A DNA stretch of 64,000 nt from a bacterium (GTDB taxonomy: Bacteria > Patescibacteriota > Patescibacteriia > UBA2196), in NCBI GenBank assembly GCA_035388785.1, contig DAOOQN010000001.1:23996-87995 (forward strand), written 5' to 3'. Below the pieces are notes generated by a model. It saw nothing but the letters and a program-made list of their open reading frames with translations, was not told where the DNA came from and made no database searches. Made by a program: the position numbers and the translations under genes. Below are positions 9,528 through 18,333 of the stretch, in pieces. Position 1 is the first letter of the stretch. Each line of letters starts with the position of its first letter.

Positions 9528-11477
9528 TTATAATATTGTATACCCTTCTCTTTCTTTAACTTTAAACTTACTATGTAAAACTTTTTCAATTATTTCTTTG
9601 TCGCCTTTAAAATATTTATTATACACCTCCAAAAGACTTGGATTTTCATGGGCCGTACGAATGGCTAAATTTTTATCAATTTCATACACAGCTGCGGCGC
9701 GTTGGGCTCTAATTTTTGAATTGGTCGGAATGGGCTGACCACCGCCGCCAATACAGCCACCTGGACAGGCCATGACTTCCACGTAATCATATTTTACTTT
9801 TCCAGCTTTTAAATCATCCAAAACTTTTTTGGCATTCCCCAAACCATTAACGACCGCCACATTTAATTTGCGACCACCAACTTTAACTCGCGCTTCCTTT
9901 ATACCACTTTGGCCACGTACCTCTTTAAATTCAATGCGGCTTTGTGATAGTTTGGAAAATCTTTTCTTTTTTAATTTATAATTTTCTCCATGTACAATTG
10001 ATTTTAATGAACCGGTTTCATCCCACACCCGAAAAAAATAATCTGCACTCCTCAGGGCTGACTCCATAACCCCACCAGTTGCACCATAAATTGCTCCAGC
10101 ACCAGAATAGACACCCAAAGGTTTATCTAGTTTTTCTGCTTTGAGTTTTGACAAATCAATTTTGTGTTTATGTAAGAGATAAGCATATTCACGCGTAGTT
10201 AAGACATAATCCACGGCCTTTACTTTTACGCCTTGCAGTTGTTTTCTATCCGGACAAATATTTTTTATGTTTGGCAAATCTAGTCTTTCCAGACACCAAC
10301 CCAAATCAATTGTATGCGTTTCCAGATTAATTTCATGTTTTTTTGAAGTACACGGCATAATCGAAACCACCACAATATCACGCGGATCTTTTTTTAAATA
10401 ATCGGCAAAATATGTTTTGATAATTGGTCCAGAGCACATGTGCGGTGAATTGGCACTGGTCAAATGCGCCATAAATTCTGGATAATAAAATTCCACAAAT
10501 TTCACCCACGCCGGACAACATGACGTAAATAGTGGTCGTGATTTATTATTGAGTACCATTTCTACCACCTCCTGTGCTTCCTCATAGGTGGTAAAATCGG
10601 CACCTAAATTTACATCAAAAGCCCAGTCAAATCCCAAAGCTTTCATTGAAGCCGCCAACTGCCCCGTCATAATTTTACCATATGCCTCACCAAATTCTTC
10701 ACCGATAGAAACGCGAATGGATGGAGCAATTTCGGCAACTAAAATTTTTCCAGCCCGATCTTTTAATAATTTTTCAACCGCTTCCCAATGCGGGACACCA
10801 CTAATTGCTCCCACCGGACAATGAGTCACACACTGTCCGCAATAAGTACAATCAAATTTATCTACGTCATTTTTTAACAGATCTAAGCTCCCCTCATTTA
10901 TAAGGAGGGGGTGGGGGGAGGTAATCCCATTTGCTTCACCTTTAGGTTTTACAACCGTGTCAACCCCTCTTTTCGCAACTTCATAAAAATTACAAGCTTG
11001 CTTTTCACACACTTCAACACAGTTACGACAATCAATGCACTTGGAACTATCAAACTGAATGGAATCGCCAAACTGCCAAGTTGAAAAATGTTTTTTTCTA
11101 TCTTCAAAACGTGAAATTTTTACACCAAATTCAGCCGCATATTTTAATATTTGACAGTTATCTTGGTATACACAAGTGGTACACTTTTCCTGATGTTCAG
11201 AAAAAATAAGCTCCAAGTTTGTCTTACGTAAATTTTTAATTTCTTCAGTCTCTAAAAAAATCTGCATTCCTTTTTCCGCCACGGTCGAACAAGCAGTCAC
11301 CACACCTTTGTTTTCTATTTGTACTAAACATAAACGACAATTACCCTTAATGGCCAAATCTGGATGTTTACATAAATGCGGAATATTTAATCCTTCTCGC
11401 AAAGCCACGTCCAAAACTGACTCATTTTCAAAAGCAACATATTCTTTATTATTAATATAAAATTTTATTTTTTTCAT
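9528..11477 (-). CDS. hydA: [FeFe]-hydrogenase catalytic subunit (HydA/HndD-like, multi-cluster M3-type)
   Basis: 649 aa. N-terminal 2Fe-2S ferredoxin-like domain, then 4Fe-4S Cys clusters (CIDCRNCVEVC, CTYCGQCVTHCP), then all three H-cluster signatures: TSCCPAWV (L1), MPCTSKKHE (L2), VEVMACPGGCIGGGGQP (L3). Confidence 0.88.
   Translation of the reverse strand: MKKIKFYINNKEYVAFENESVLDVALREGLNIPHLCKHPDLAIKGNCRLCLVQIENKGVVTACSTVAEKGMQIFLETEEIKNLRKTNLELIFSEHQEKCTTCVYQDNCQILKYAAEFGVKISRFEDRKKHFSTWQFGDSIQFDSSKCIDCRNCVEVCEKQACNFYEVAKRGVDTVVKPKGEANGITSPHPLLINEGSLDLLKNDVDKFDCTYCGQCVTHCPVGAISGVPHWEAVEKLLKDRAGKILVAEIAPSIRVSIGEEFGEAYGKIMTGQLAASMKALGFDWAFDVNLGADFTTYEEAQEVVEMVLNNKSRPLFTSCCPAWVKFVEFYYPEFMAHLTSANSPHMCSGPIIKTYFADYLKKDPRDIVVVSIMPCTSKKHEINLETHTIDLGWCLERLDLPNIKNICPDRKQLQGVKVKAVDYVLTTREYAYLLHKHKIDLSKLKAEKLDKPLGVYSGAGAIYGATGGVMESALRSADYFFRVWDETGSLKSIVHGENYKLKKKRFSKLSQSRIEFKEVRGQSGIKEARVKVGGRKLNVAVVNGLGNAKKVLDDLKAGKVKYDYVEVMACPGGCIGGGGQPIPTNSKIRAQRAAAVYEIDKNLAIRTAHENPSLLEVYNKYFKGDKEIIEKVLHSKFKVKEREGYTIL
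10904..10921. repeat. G-rich homopolymeric tract GGAGGGGGTGGGGGGAGG inside hydA
   Basis: Read directly from the sequence; a G5 and a G6 run in a roughly 30% GC genome. On the coding strand it encodes ...SPHPLL... in the linker between the ferredoxin and H-cluster domains. Confidence 0.9.
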
Positions 11478-12475
11478 GTTTCTTTTACATTTTTAAAATA
11501 GGAAACTAAAGCATTGGTGGCTGTTTTACCCAAAGCACACAAACTGGTTTTCTGTAATGACAAAACTAAATCATCAAAAACTTTTTTATCAAGTTGTTCA
11601 CTTTGATAATATTCATACATCAAATTACGCAGACGAAAAGTTCCCTCACGACATGGCACGCACTGGCCACAGGATTCTTTACGAAAAAAATCCAGCCACT
11701 TCATCACAGTTGCTTGTTCAGAACCATCATTTTTATAAATAATAATACTTGGGCTGCCCTCAAATTTACGGTTCAATTGTTTGTAATTATAACAAAAACC
11801 AGCCGCTCCTCCGCCAACTTGGTAAAAAAAATCAGCACTTGGCGTGTGATCAAATTCTTGTAAAACCGCACGAACTGTTAAATCAGTTGTCAATTCTTTT
11901 ATTTCATTGGTTCTATTCACGCCAGACAAGCAGTAAAAACGGGTATTTTTGTAAACACCAGAATTTATTAAAGACACTGCATAAAAAGTTTCACAATTGT
12001 GAATTAAAGTCGGCGCACCATAAAAACCAAATGCAGTTGGATAGGGTGGTTTCAAGCGCGGTTCCACTCTTAAGCCTTGCATGGAATTTAAAACTGCTGT
12101 CTCTTCCCCACCCACATAGTCATGTAAAGGCTTTTCAAATAATTCAATCTTAAAATTGTTTTTTGCAATTATTTGTTCCAGACTAGCTTGAAATTCACTA
12201 TAATACACTGGATTTAAATAAACCAAACCTTTTTTAGCTTTAATTTCACTCATAGCTAAATTAATCCCATCCAACACCAGTTGTGGCCATTTTTCTAAAA
12301 TATATTTATCTTTAAACATACCCGGCTCTGATTCGGAAATATTACACACCACAAACTTTTCTGCGCCTTTTGCTCGTCGCACCATTTCCCACTTATCAGC
12401 CACCAAAAAATTATTGCAGCCGCGTCCAATTAAACCACTTTTTTTAATTTTTTTAAGCATTGTTTGTCTAAACAT
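11474..12475 (-). CDS. NuoF/HydB-like flavoprotein subunit of the hydrogenase (compact; FMN loop degenerate)
   Basis: 333 aa. C-terminal NuoF 4Fe-4S motif CGQCVPCREGT plus a distal Cys (SLCALG). The usual GRGGAGFPTGLKW FMN loop is replaced by GRGCNNFLVADKW. It overlaps hydA by 4 bp (translational coupling). Confidence 0.7.
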   Translation of the reverse strand: MFRQTMLKKIKKSGLIGRGCNNFLVADKWEMVRRAKGAEKFVVCNISESEPGMFKDKYILEKWPQLVLDGINLAMSEIKAKKGLVYLNPVYYSEFQASLEQIIAKNNFKIELFEKPLHDYVGGEETAVLNSMQGLRVEPRLKPPYPTAFGFYGAPTLIHNCETFYAVSLINSGVYKNTRFYCLSGVNRTNEIKELTTDLTVRAVLQEFDHTPSADFFYQVGGGAAGFCYNYKQLNRKFEGSPSIIIYKNDGSEQATVMKWLDFFRKESCGQCVPCREGTFRLRNLMYEYYQSEQLDKKVFDDLVLSLQKTSLCALGKTATNALVSYFKNVKET

Positions 12476-12482
12476 AACTACA

Positions 12483-12525
12483 CATATTATACCATACTTT
12501 AAAGACCAAATAAAAAACTTGCCAA
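12483..12525 (-). promoter_or_regulatory. Candidate promoter of the hydrogenase operon (extended -10 TGGTATAAT about 10 nt upstream of the ATG)
   Basis: Reverse complement reads ...TTTATTTGGTCTTTAAAGTATGGTATAATATGTGTAGTTATG. It is an extended -10 with only a weak -35, and it would give a near-leaderless transcript. Confidence 0.35.
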
Positions 12526-12597
12526 TTTAAATATTTGCAAGTCACAAAATTTTGGCATTAATAATATAAAACCTAATTAAAATATTTAACTTATAAC

Positions 12598-14910
12598 TTA
12601 CCCAACCGGAATTTCAAAGCTAAACGCGCTACCCTTGCCTTCACCATCTGATTCTGCCCAAATTTTTCCATCGTGCAATTCAACTATTTTTTTGGCAATA
12701 AATAATCCCAATCCAGAACCAGCTGTATTAATTTGAGCAATTTTTTTACCCCGTCCAAATTTGGTAAATAAATCATCAATATCATCTTGAGTGATACCGA
12801 TACCAGTATCGCTAACTGTAATTTTAACCAAATCATCCTTTTTTTGTAGTCCAACTGTTACCGTGCCTTTTGCGGTATATTTTATACTGTTATCAACCAA
12901 ATTCATTAATACGTCGTGCAATTTATCACGGTCAGCATTCACCACTATTTTCTCCTGTACACCCACAAATTCTAATTTTAAACCCTTGCACTCCGCATCA
13001 GTTTTCAACTCGTGCAAAGTTTCCTTGGTCATGTCTGTAATATCAAATTTTGTTTTTTCCAGTTTTAAACGTCCGGATTCAATGCGAGAAATATTGAGAA
13101 AAATATTTACCAAACGTACCATCCGTTCGGTATTAACCAAAACATCACTGACAATTTTTTTCTTTTTCGGTTCCAAAACTCCAAAATCACCATCTTTCAA
13201 CATAGACAGATAGCCCTTAATTCCCGACAACGGCGTGCGCAACTGGTGCGATGCTACAGAAATAAATTCGGTTTTAGCTTCGTCCAATTTTTTTAAATGT
13301 TCATTGGCGTGCCGCAAATCACTAGTGGCTTTTTCCACTTCATTTTTCAACTTCTGACTAAATTTTTGTGATTCACTATACAGCTCTGCTTTTTCCAAAG
13401 CTGATGAAAACTGGCTGGCCACCGAATCCAACAGATTTAAATCCTGCTTATCAAACTGTTCACCTGATAATTTTTTGCCTACAGTAAAAAAAGCTGTTAA
13501 AACTGACTCGTGAAAAATTGGAACTATTAAATCAGCGTCTATTTGTGCAATCACTAAAACCAAACAATCTGCCGTTTTCCTAGTTTTTTTATGTTTCAAT
13601 AGTCTATCTTTATGCCCCAAAAAATTATGTTCGTACAAAAATTCTTCTATAAATATTACTTGGTGATTTTTATTAAAATGTTTTTCTAGGGCTTTACCAC
13701 CAGCAATAGAAAATAAATTCTCTTTTTTATCTGAAACCGTGACCGGTGCAAACACTCCGCTAGTTTTATTTTTTAAATATATTTTGAATGTCGCCACACG
13801 CAACTCTTGTTTGGCGCCCAGACACAGCTTATTTACTAAAATATGTTTATCAATTTCTAAAGCGATAATATCAGTGAGCGTTTTAATAACTTTTATATGA
13901 TCAATTCTGGTTCGAAAAAATATTTTATCAGTTACAAAAGCCAATAGCCGTTTCAGAGGATCCATCACCAAGACTACCACAAATGAAATTACCACCGTAA
14001 ATAAAACCTTTTGACTGGTGTTTAAAATAGGAATCAAACTACTGCCGGTCCATAAAGTAAAAAAACTAAACAGACCTGTTACAAATAAAACCAAGAAAAA
14101 ATAAATAATGGATTTGGAAAAAACCATTTTTATATCCATCAAACGATAACGAATAATGGCATAAGCAATAAATCCCACCATTACCAAGGTCAACGCCTGC
14201 CCCAGCCAATTTAACTCAAAATAATCAAAAGTTGGTAAAATCAAATTGGTACTCATGCCCAAGGCTGAGGATAAAAAAGTTCCCCAAAAAACATATTTAA
14301 TTTGCATCTTGGCAATTCCATCCGCCTGGCGATATTTATAATATAAAATCCAAAACCCCCACGCGAACATGGCTGGCACATAAATGTTATACAGCATATA
14401 CAATGGGCCAAAAATAATTTGGTCTTCAAAAAAAGCTCTTTTTGTGACATCTGTAATTACACCGCCCGTCGGCCACAATGAAATCCAAATGGCGCCATAA
14501 TTTAACACTAATATGATTAATTTGTACCACCAACGAAATTTTATCTCGCGGCCGGAAAAATTATAACAAAAAAAGATAAAAACAGTTGGTAACAAGGTGG
14601 CAAAAACATATAACCACCGACACCACACAATTTTATCTGTCACCTCAACCGAGCCTCGGTACATAATCATGCCAAAAGCCCACAAAGAAACCACGATACT
14701 TAATAAAAAATAATAAAAATTAATTTTTCTATTCCGTTTTAGTCCATTAAACAAAACAAAAAAACCTAAAACTAGATTGCATAGGGCAATGATAATCAAA
14801 ATTATATTTTTGTAATCAAAAATAAAACCCATCAAAATAATTATATCATTTTTATAAAAAAATAAAAAACCGCAACTTTCTTGGAAAGCTGCGGCGGAAA
14901 GATTTTGCAC
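12598..14910 (-). CDS. Membrane-bound sensor histidine kinase (orphan; no response regulator nearby)
   Basis: About eight N-terminal TM helices followed by a HisKA H-box (VASHQLRTPLSGIKGYLSML) and a HATPase_c domain (VSDTGIGI, GSGLGL). The ORF-track start at 14910 is GTG; the likely true start is ATG at 14832 (MGFIFDYKN...), since 14855-14897 is the upstream gene's terminator. Confidence 0.8.
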   Translation of the reverse strand: MQNLSAAAFQESCGFLFFYKNDIIILMGFIFDYKNIILIIIALCNLVLGFFVLFNGLKRNRKINFYYFLLSIVVSLWAFGMIMYRGSVEVTDKIVWCRWLYVFATLLPTVFIFFCYNFSGREIKFRWWYKLIILVLNYGAIWISLWPTGGVITDVTKRAFFEDQIIFGPLYMLYNIYVPAMFAWGFWILYYKYRQADGIAKMQIKYVFWGTFLSSALGMSTNLILPTFDYFELNWLGQALTLVMVGFIAYAIIRYRLMDIKMVFSKSIIYFFLVLFVTGLFSFFTLWTGSSLIPILNTSQKVLFTVVISFVVVLVMDPLKRLLAFVTDKIFFRTRIDHIKVIKTLTDIIALEIDKHILVNKLCLGAKQELRVATFKIYLKNKTSGVFAPVTVSDKKENLFSIAGGKALEKHFNKNHQVIFIEEFLYEHNFLGHKDRLLKHKKTRKTADCLVLVIAQIDADLIVPIFHESVLTAFFTVGKKLSGEQFDKQDLNLLDSVASQFSSALEKAELYSESQKFSQKLKNEVEKATSDLRHANEHLKKLDEAKTEFISVASHQLRTPLSGIKGYLSMLKDGDFGVLEPKKKKIVSDVLVNTERMVRLVNIFLNISRIESGRLKLEKTKFDITDMTKETLHELKTDAECKGLKLEFVGVQEKIVVNADRDKLHDVLMNLVDNSIKYTAKGTVTVGLQKKDDLVKITVSDTGIGITQDDIDDLFTKFGRGKKIAQINTAGSGLGLFIAKKIVELHDGKIWAESDGEGKGSAFSFEIPVG
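14855..14897 (-). terminator. Rho-independent terminator of the GC-rich gene
   Basis: On the minus strand: stem CCGCAGCTTTC, loop CAAG, stem GAAAGTTGCGG, then TTTTTTATTTTTTTAT. It lies directly after the stop codon at 14914. Confidence 0.6.
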
Positions 14911-14913
14911 GCT

Positions 14914-15873
14914 TTAAACCAACTCTATCGCCGGTGTTTGAATCCCGACATTGCTGGCGAAATGACCAAAATCTTGAAAAGTCATATCGCCATTGTTACT
15001 ACACTGCGAACGCACAATCGCGTCCAAGAGGCAACCCGGAATATCGGCTGCCTCAAAGTTTGGTAGAGGTGGCATTGTGACTACGCCTCCAGCACGAGCG
15101 GTGGTTTGAAAAACTCTAATACCTAATTGGGTAAAAGAGTCTACCACCGACCGCGATGGTACCGGATGACAATCAAATAATATTTGTGTACATTGTGAAT
15201 CACGTAACACTTCATAATATTCACACATGTCATCACCAGCCGGGGTTAAGGCGATGACAAGCTCACAGGATTTTAGATTTTGAATATCTTCAGTGGTTTT
15301 TCTTTTATCAATTTTTACTACGATAAAACCTTGTCTTTCCAACTCAGAAGAAACAAAACCTCCAAGATAGCCAAATCCCACAATAGCGATTCTGGCCGGG
15401 GGTGAAACGAGGCTTTCAACCTCCCTGATTATTAACCAAGTACTCCCCATCAAACCCTTTACAAAAAGTGACCCAACAGGAATGCTTCGTTTTTGAATTA
15501 TGCTTGGCATAATGCCTGCCAAGCCAATTGAGTGTGCCTCGACATCAGACGCCCAATCATTAACCTGTCGCAATATTTCTGGCAACAGTTCTGGTTGGCG
15601 ACGAATAAAAGTTTCGGCACTCACACCGGTAGCTAGAAGCAATCCACTAGCTCCGGTAATACCAGGAGTAATTCTTCCAGCCACCAAAACCAGTCGATCC
15701 TGTGTCAAGAAACGTTGCCAGTCTTCGTCAGAACAAAAATACTGGCGGTCTGTATCTCTTCCAGGATAGACAAGAAAGACATAGTCATGACGTGCACCAA
15801 AGTCTCTCCGCCAATTTTCTTGGAGATACGGAAATTGGGTTTGTCTCGCAATCTGTTGGGTGTCCATAATCAA
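14914..15873 (-). CDS. NAD(P)-binding Rossmann-fold dehydrogenase of uncertain family (COG5322-like?); compositionally foreign
   Basis: 319 aa with a GxGxxG motif (IAIVGFGYLGG) followed by an acidic residue. The ORF is about 50% GC against about 30% for its flanks, and the GC shift is confined to the ORF and its terminator. No confident family assignment. Confidence 0.6.
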   Translation of the reverse strand: MIMDTQQIARQTQFPYLQENWRRDFGARHDYVFLVYPGRDTDRQYFCSDEDWQRFLTQDRLVLVAGRITPGITGASGLLLATGVSAETFIRRQPELLPEILRQVNDWASDVEAHSIGLAGIMPSIIQKRSIPVGSLFVKGLMGSTWLIIREVESLVSPPARIAIVGFGYLGGFVSSELERQGFIVVKIDKRKTTEDIQNLKSCELVIALTPAGDDMCEYYEVLRDSQCTQILFDCHPVPSRSVVDSFTQLGIRVFQTTARAGGVVTMPPLPNFEAADIPGCLLDAIVRSQCSNNGDMTFQDFGHFASNVGIQTPAIELV

Positions 15874-15944
15874 ACCTCCTCATAAATGAAATACCCACTA
15901 TTATTTTGAAACAACGTGTTTTATATAAAAAACTTATTGAAAAT

Positions 15945-17111
15945 TTATTTAGGTGCCATCTGTCTAAACTTTTCCGCTAGTTGCCCAAGTTGCTGCACAA
16001 AATAATCAATTTCTTCTTGAGTGTTTTCTTCACCCAAAGTTATTCTTAAACTACCATGCGCTGCCTCGTGTGACAAGCCAATGGACATTAAAACGTGTGA
16101 TGGTTCAAGAGAGCCGGACGAACAGGCCGAACCAGTGGAAATCGCAATCCCAGCCATATCCAAACCTAGAAGCAAAGCCTCGCCTTCCACGCCTTGCACA
16201 GAAATATTTAAATTAGCGGGCGTCCTTTCTTTCCAGGAACCATTGAGAGTAACATCAGTAATATTTTTTTGCAATTCTTGCCACAGATAATCCCGCAAAT
16301 TTTTTATTTTTTCCTGATTATATTCTTTAATTAATTCCACTGCTTTGCCCATTCCAACCATTAGGGGGGTGTTTAAAGTACCAGCACGCTTGCCAAACTC
16401 ATGATGACCACCATGTTGTATACTTTGCAAACGTGTTCCTTTTTTTATATACAAAACACCCACGCCTTTGGATCCATAAATTTTATGACCCGAGAGTGCC
16501 AATAAATCAACTCCCAAATTATTAACTTTCATCTCACAGTAAAGCGCTGCTTGCACTGCGTCGGTGTGTAAATAGATTTTATTATTTCTTTCTGCATTTA
16601 TTTTTTTCACCAATTCCCCTATTTCTTTAATTGGTTGAATGGTGCCAATTTCATTATTGACATACATGACAGAAATTAAAAGCGTATTATCTTTGATTTC
16701 TTTTTCAATATCACTAACTTTTATAACTCCGTCACTGCCCGGTTTTATATAACTCGCCTCCACGCCCTGTTTTTCCAAATACTTGCAAGTTTCCAAAACC
16801 GCTGGATGTTCAAATTCTGTTGTTATAATATGTATTTTTTTTTCTAAATAATTACTGGCAAAAATCACACCCATAATAGCTAAATTATCTGCTTCAGTGG
16901 CGCCCGAAGTAAAAATTATTTCATTGGTTTCGCAGCCTAAAAAATTTGCCACCTGAACACGCGCTTCATCTATGGCTTTTAAAGCTTCTTGGCCAAATGA
17001 ATGTAAAGACGAGGCATTGCCATAAATTTCACTGAAATATGGCAACATGGCTTCTAAAACTCTTTTATCAACTGGCGTAGTTGCCGCATGATCAAAATAT
17101 ATATTTTGCAT
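15945..17111 (-). CDS. iscS: Cysteine desulfurase (IscS/NifS family)
   Basis: 388 aa; N-terminus IYFDHAATTPVD; PLP-lysine motif SGHKIYG; active-site loop ISTGSACSSGSLEPSHVL. Confidence 0.88.
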   Translation of the reverse strand: MQNIYFDHAATTPVDKRVLEAMLPYFSEIYGNASSLHSFGQEALKAIDEARVQVANFLGCETNEIIFTSGATEADNLAIMGVIFASNYLEKKIHIITTEFEHPAVLETCKYLEKQGVEASYIKPGSDGVIKVSDIEKEIKDNTLLISVMYVNNEIGTIQPIKEIGELVKKINAERNNKIYLHTDAVQAALYCEMKVNNLGVDLLALSGHKIYGSKGVGVLYIKKGTRLQSIQHGGHHEFGKRAGTLNTPLMVGMGKAVELIKEYNQEKIKNLRDYLWQELQKNITDVTLNGSWKERTPANLNISVQGVEGEALLLGLDMAGIAISTGSACSSGSLEPSHVLMSIGLSHEAAHGSLRITLGEENTQEEIDYFVQQLGQLAEKFRQMAPK

Positions 17112-17130
17112 AAAATTTTAATTTTAAATT

Positions 17131-17565
17131 TTATTTTTTTCTAATAAATTCTTTTGAATAACTTCTAAACATAACCTGATATTCACTGGCAGGTGATGAC
17201 AATAAAACATTTTTATAACTACCGAAATGAACTTTTTTTACTTCAAAACCGTTTTTTATTAAATAATCAGCTAAATTACAAAAAATTTCAAAAGATATTT
17301 CCTTTGATGGTATTTTTGAAGCAAAATGTGCAAAAGGACATAAAATAATCTTTTTTGTTTTAAATTTATCTGCTACGATTTTTAGGTCATTTAAAAAATC
17401 ACTAAAAAAATTTTCGTCCTTGTGAGACTCTATAGTAACCCAAGGTACCACAACTTTTTTTTCGTCTAAATTTTCTTCTAGATCTTGAATAATGGGTTTC
17501 ATTCGAGTAGACTTTTTTACATCACTTATTTTAAATTTTTTACAATACCAAATTAATGCTTTCAT
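17131..17565 (-). CDS. Hypothetical protein (144 aa) embedded in the Fe-S assembly cluster
   Basis: No recognisable motif. It is co-directional and tightly spaced between iscS and nfu. A perfect 7-bp hairpin (TTCCCAC/GTGGGAA, 17581-17598) lies 12 nt upstream of its start. Confidence 0.4.
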   Translation of the reverse strand: MKALIWYCKKFKISDVKKSTRMKPIIQDLEENLDEKKVVVPWVTIESHKDENFFSDFLNDLKIVADKFKTKKIILCPFAHFASKIPSKEISFEIFCNLADYLIKNGFEVKKVHFGSYKNVLLSSPASEYQVMFRSYSKEFIRKK

Positions 17566-17621
17566 GTTTTCTGGATTCCCACTTACGTGGGAATGACAAT
17601 AATAATAATTTTAAAATTATT

Positions 17622-17852
17622 TTAGACAGCCACAATTTCTTTAACTTCTTTAATTTTATCTTTCACAGCTCTACCAATACCTTCTTGCAAAGTTGTTTGA
17701 CTCATCGGGCAGCCAGCGCAATGCCCTTGTAAGCGCAATTTCAACACACCACCAGCTTCATCAAATTCCACCAACTCCACATCTCCCCCATCCATTTGCA
17801 AATGTGGGCGAATTAAATCCAATTCTTGTTGTATTTTTTCTTGAATATTCAT
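17622..17852 (-). CDS. nfu: NifU C-terminal domain / Nfu-type Fe-S carrier
   Basis: 76 aa carrying the CAGCPMS CxxC motif typical of Nfu. Confidence 0.75.
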   Translation of the reverse strand: MNIQEKIQQELDLIRPHLQMDGGDVELVEFDEAGGVLKLRLQGHCAGCPMSQTTLQEGIGRAVKDKIKEVKEIVAV

Positions 17853-17875
17853 ATTTATTTATTTTTAATTATAAA

Positions 17876-18313
17876 TTAAACTTCTTTTTCTTTGTTATCT
17901 TTTTTAATCACCCCCCAATGAAATAACCATAGTGGTAAACCGACCAAAATTAAAGAAACGGCAGTGGCGGCTTGACGTTGTCTTGTCCTAACTACCCAAG
18001 CATTGGTATCAACATTTTTCTGTTCTTTTTCCCATTTTTGGTATTCCAGCAACCAATTATCCACTTGTTCTTTTTGAGTTTGAGTTAACTCACATTTATC
18101 AGCACAAACTTTTACTTCCTGTGCAACCTTTATATCACTATTTAGATATAAAGGCATTGGCTGATTATTATAACTATCTATTTTATCGGCTTGGGTAAAA
18201 ATCCACGTCTTTAAACCCAAGTTAATAATCATAGATAGACCAATAACTAGCATAGCCAAACCAACCAAGGCAAAAAGGTATAAATAAATTGTACGGATGA
18301 TGGGGTTTTTCAT
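17876..18313 (-). CDS. Hypothetical membrane protein (two TM helices)
   Basis: 145 aa with an N-terminal TM and a C-terminal TM (VSLILVGLPLWLFHW). No family recognised. Lies between iscU and nfu. Confidence 0.4.
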   Translation of the reverse strand: MKNPIIRTIYLYLFALVGLAMLVIGLSMIINLGLKTWIFTQADKIDSYNNQPMPLYLNSDIKVAQEVKVCADKCELTQTQKEQVDNWLLEYQKWEKEQKNVDTNAWVVRTRQRQAATAVSLILVGLPLWLFHWGVIKKDNKEKEV

Positions 18314-18333
18314 AAAGTTTTAATTAATATTTT

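Noticed and set aside
8198-9559. Plus-strand ORFs 8198-8563 and 9179-9559
   Set aside because: Antisense to pgk, whose identity is unambiguous.
12500-12580. Possible Rex-type operator (TTGTGA half-site and partial palindrome ACTTGCC...GCAAGT) upstream of the hydrogenase operon
   Set aside because: Only one half-site matches the Rex consensus and the inverted repeat is imperfect (6/7). It is too weak to call without comparative data.
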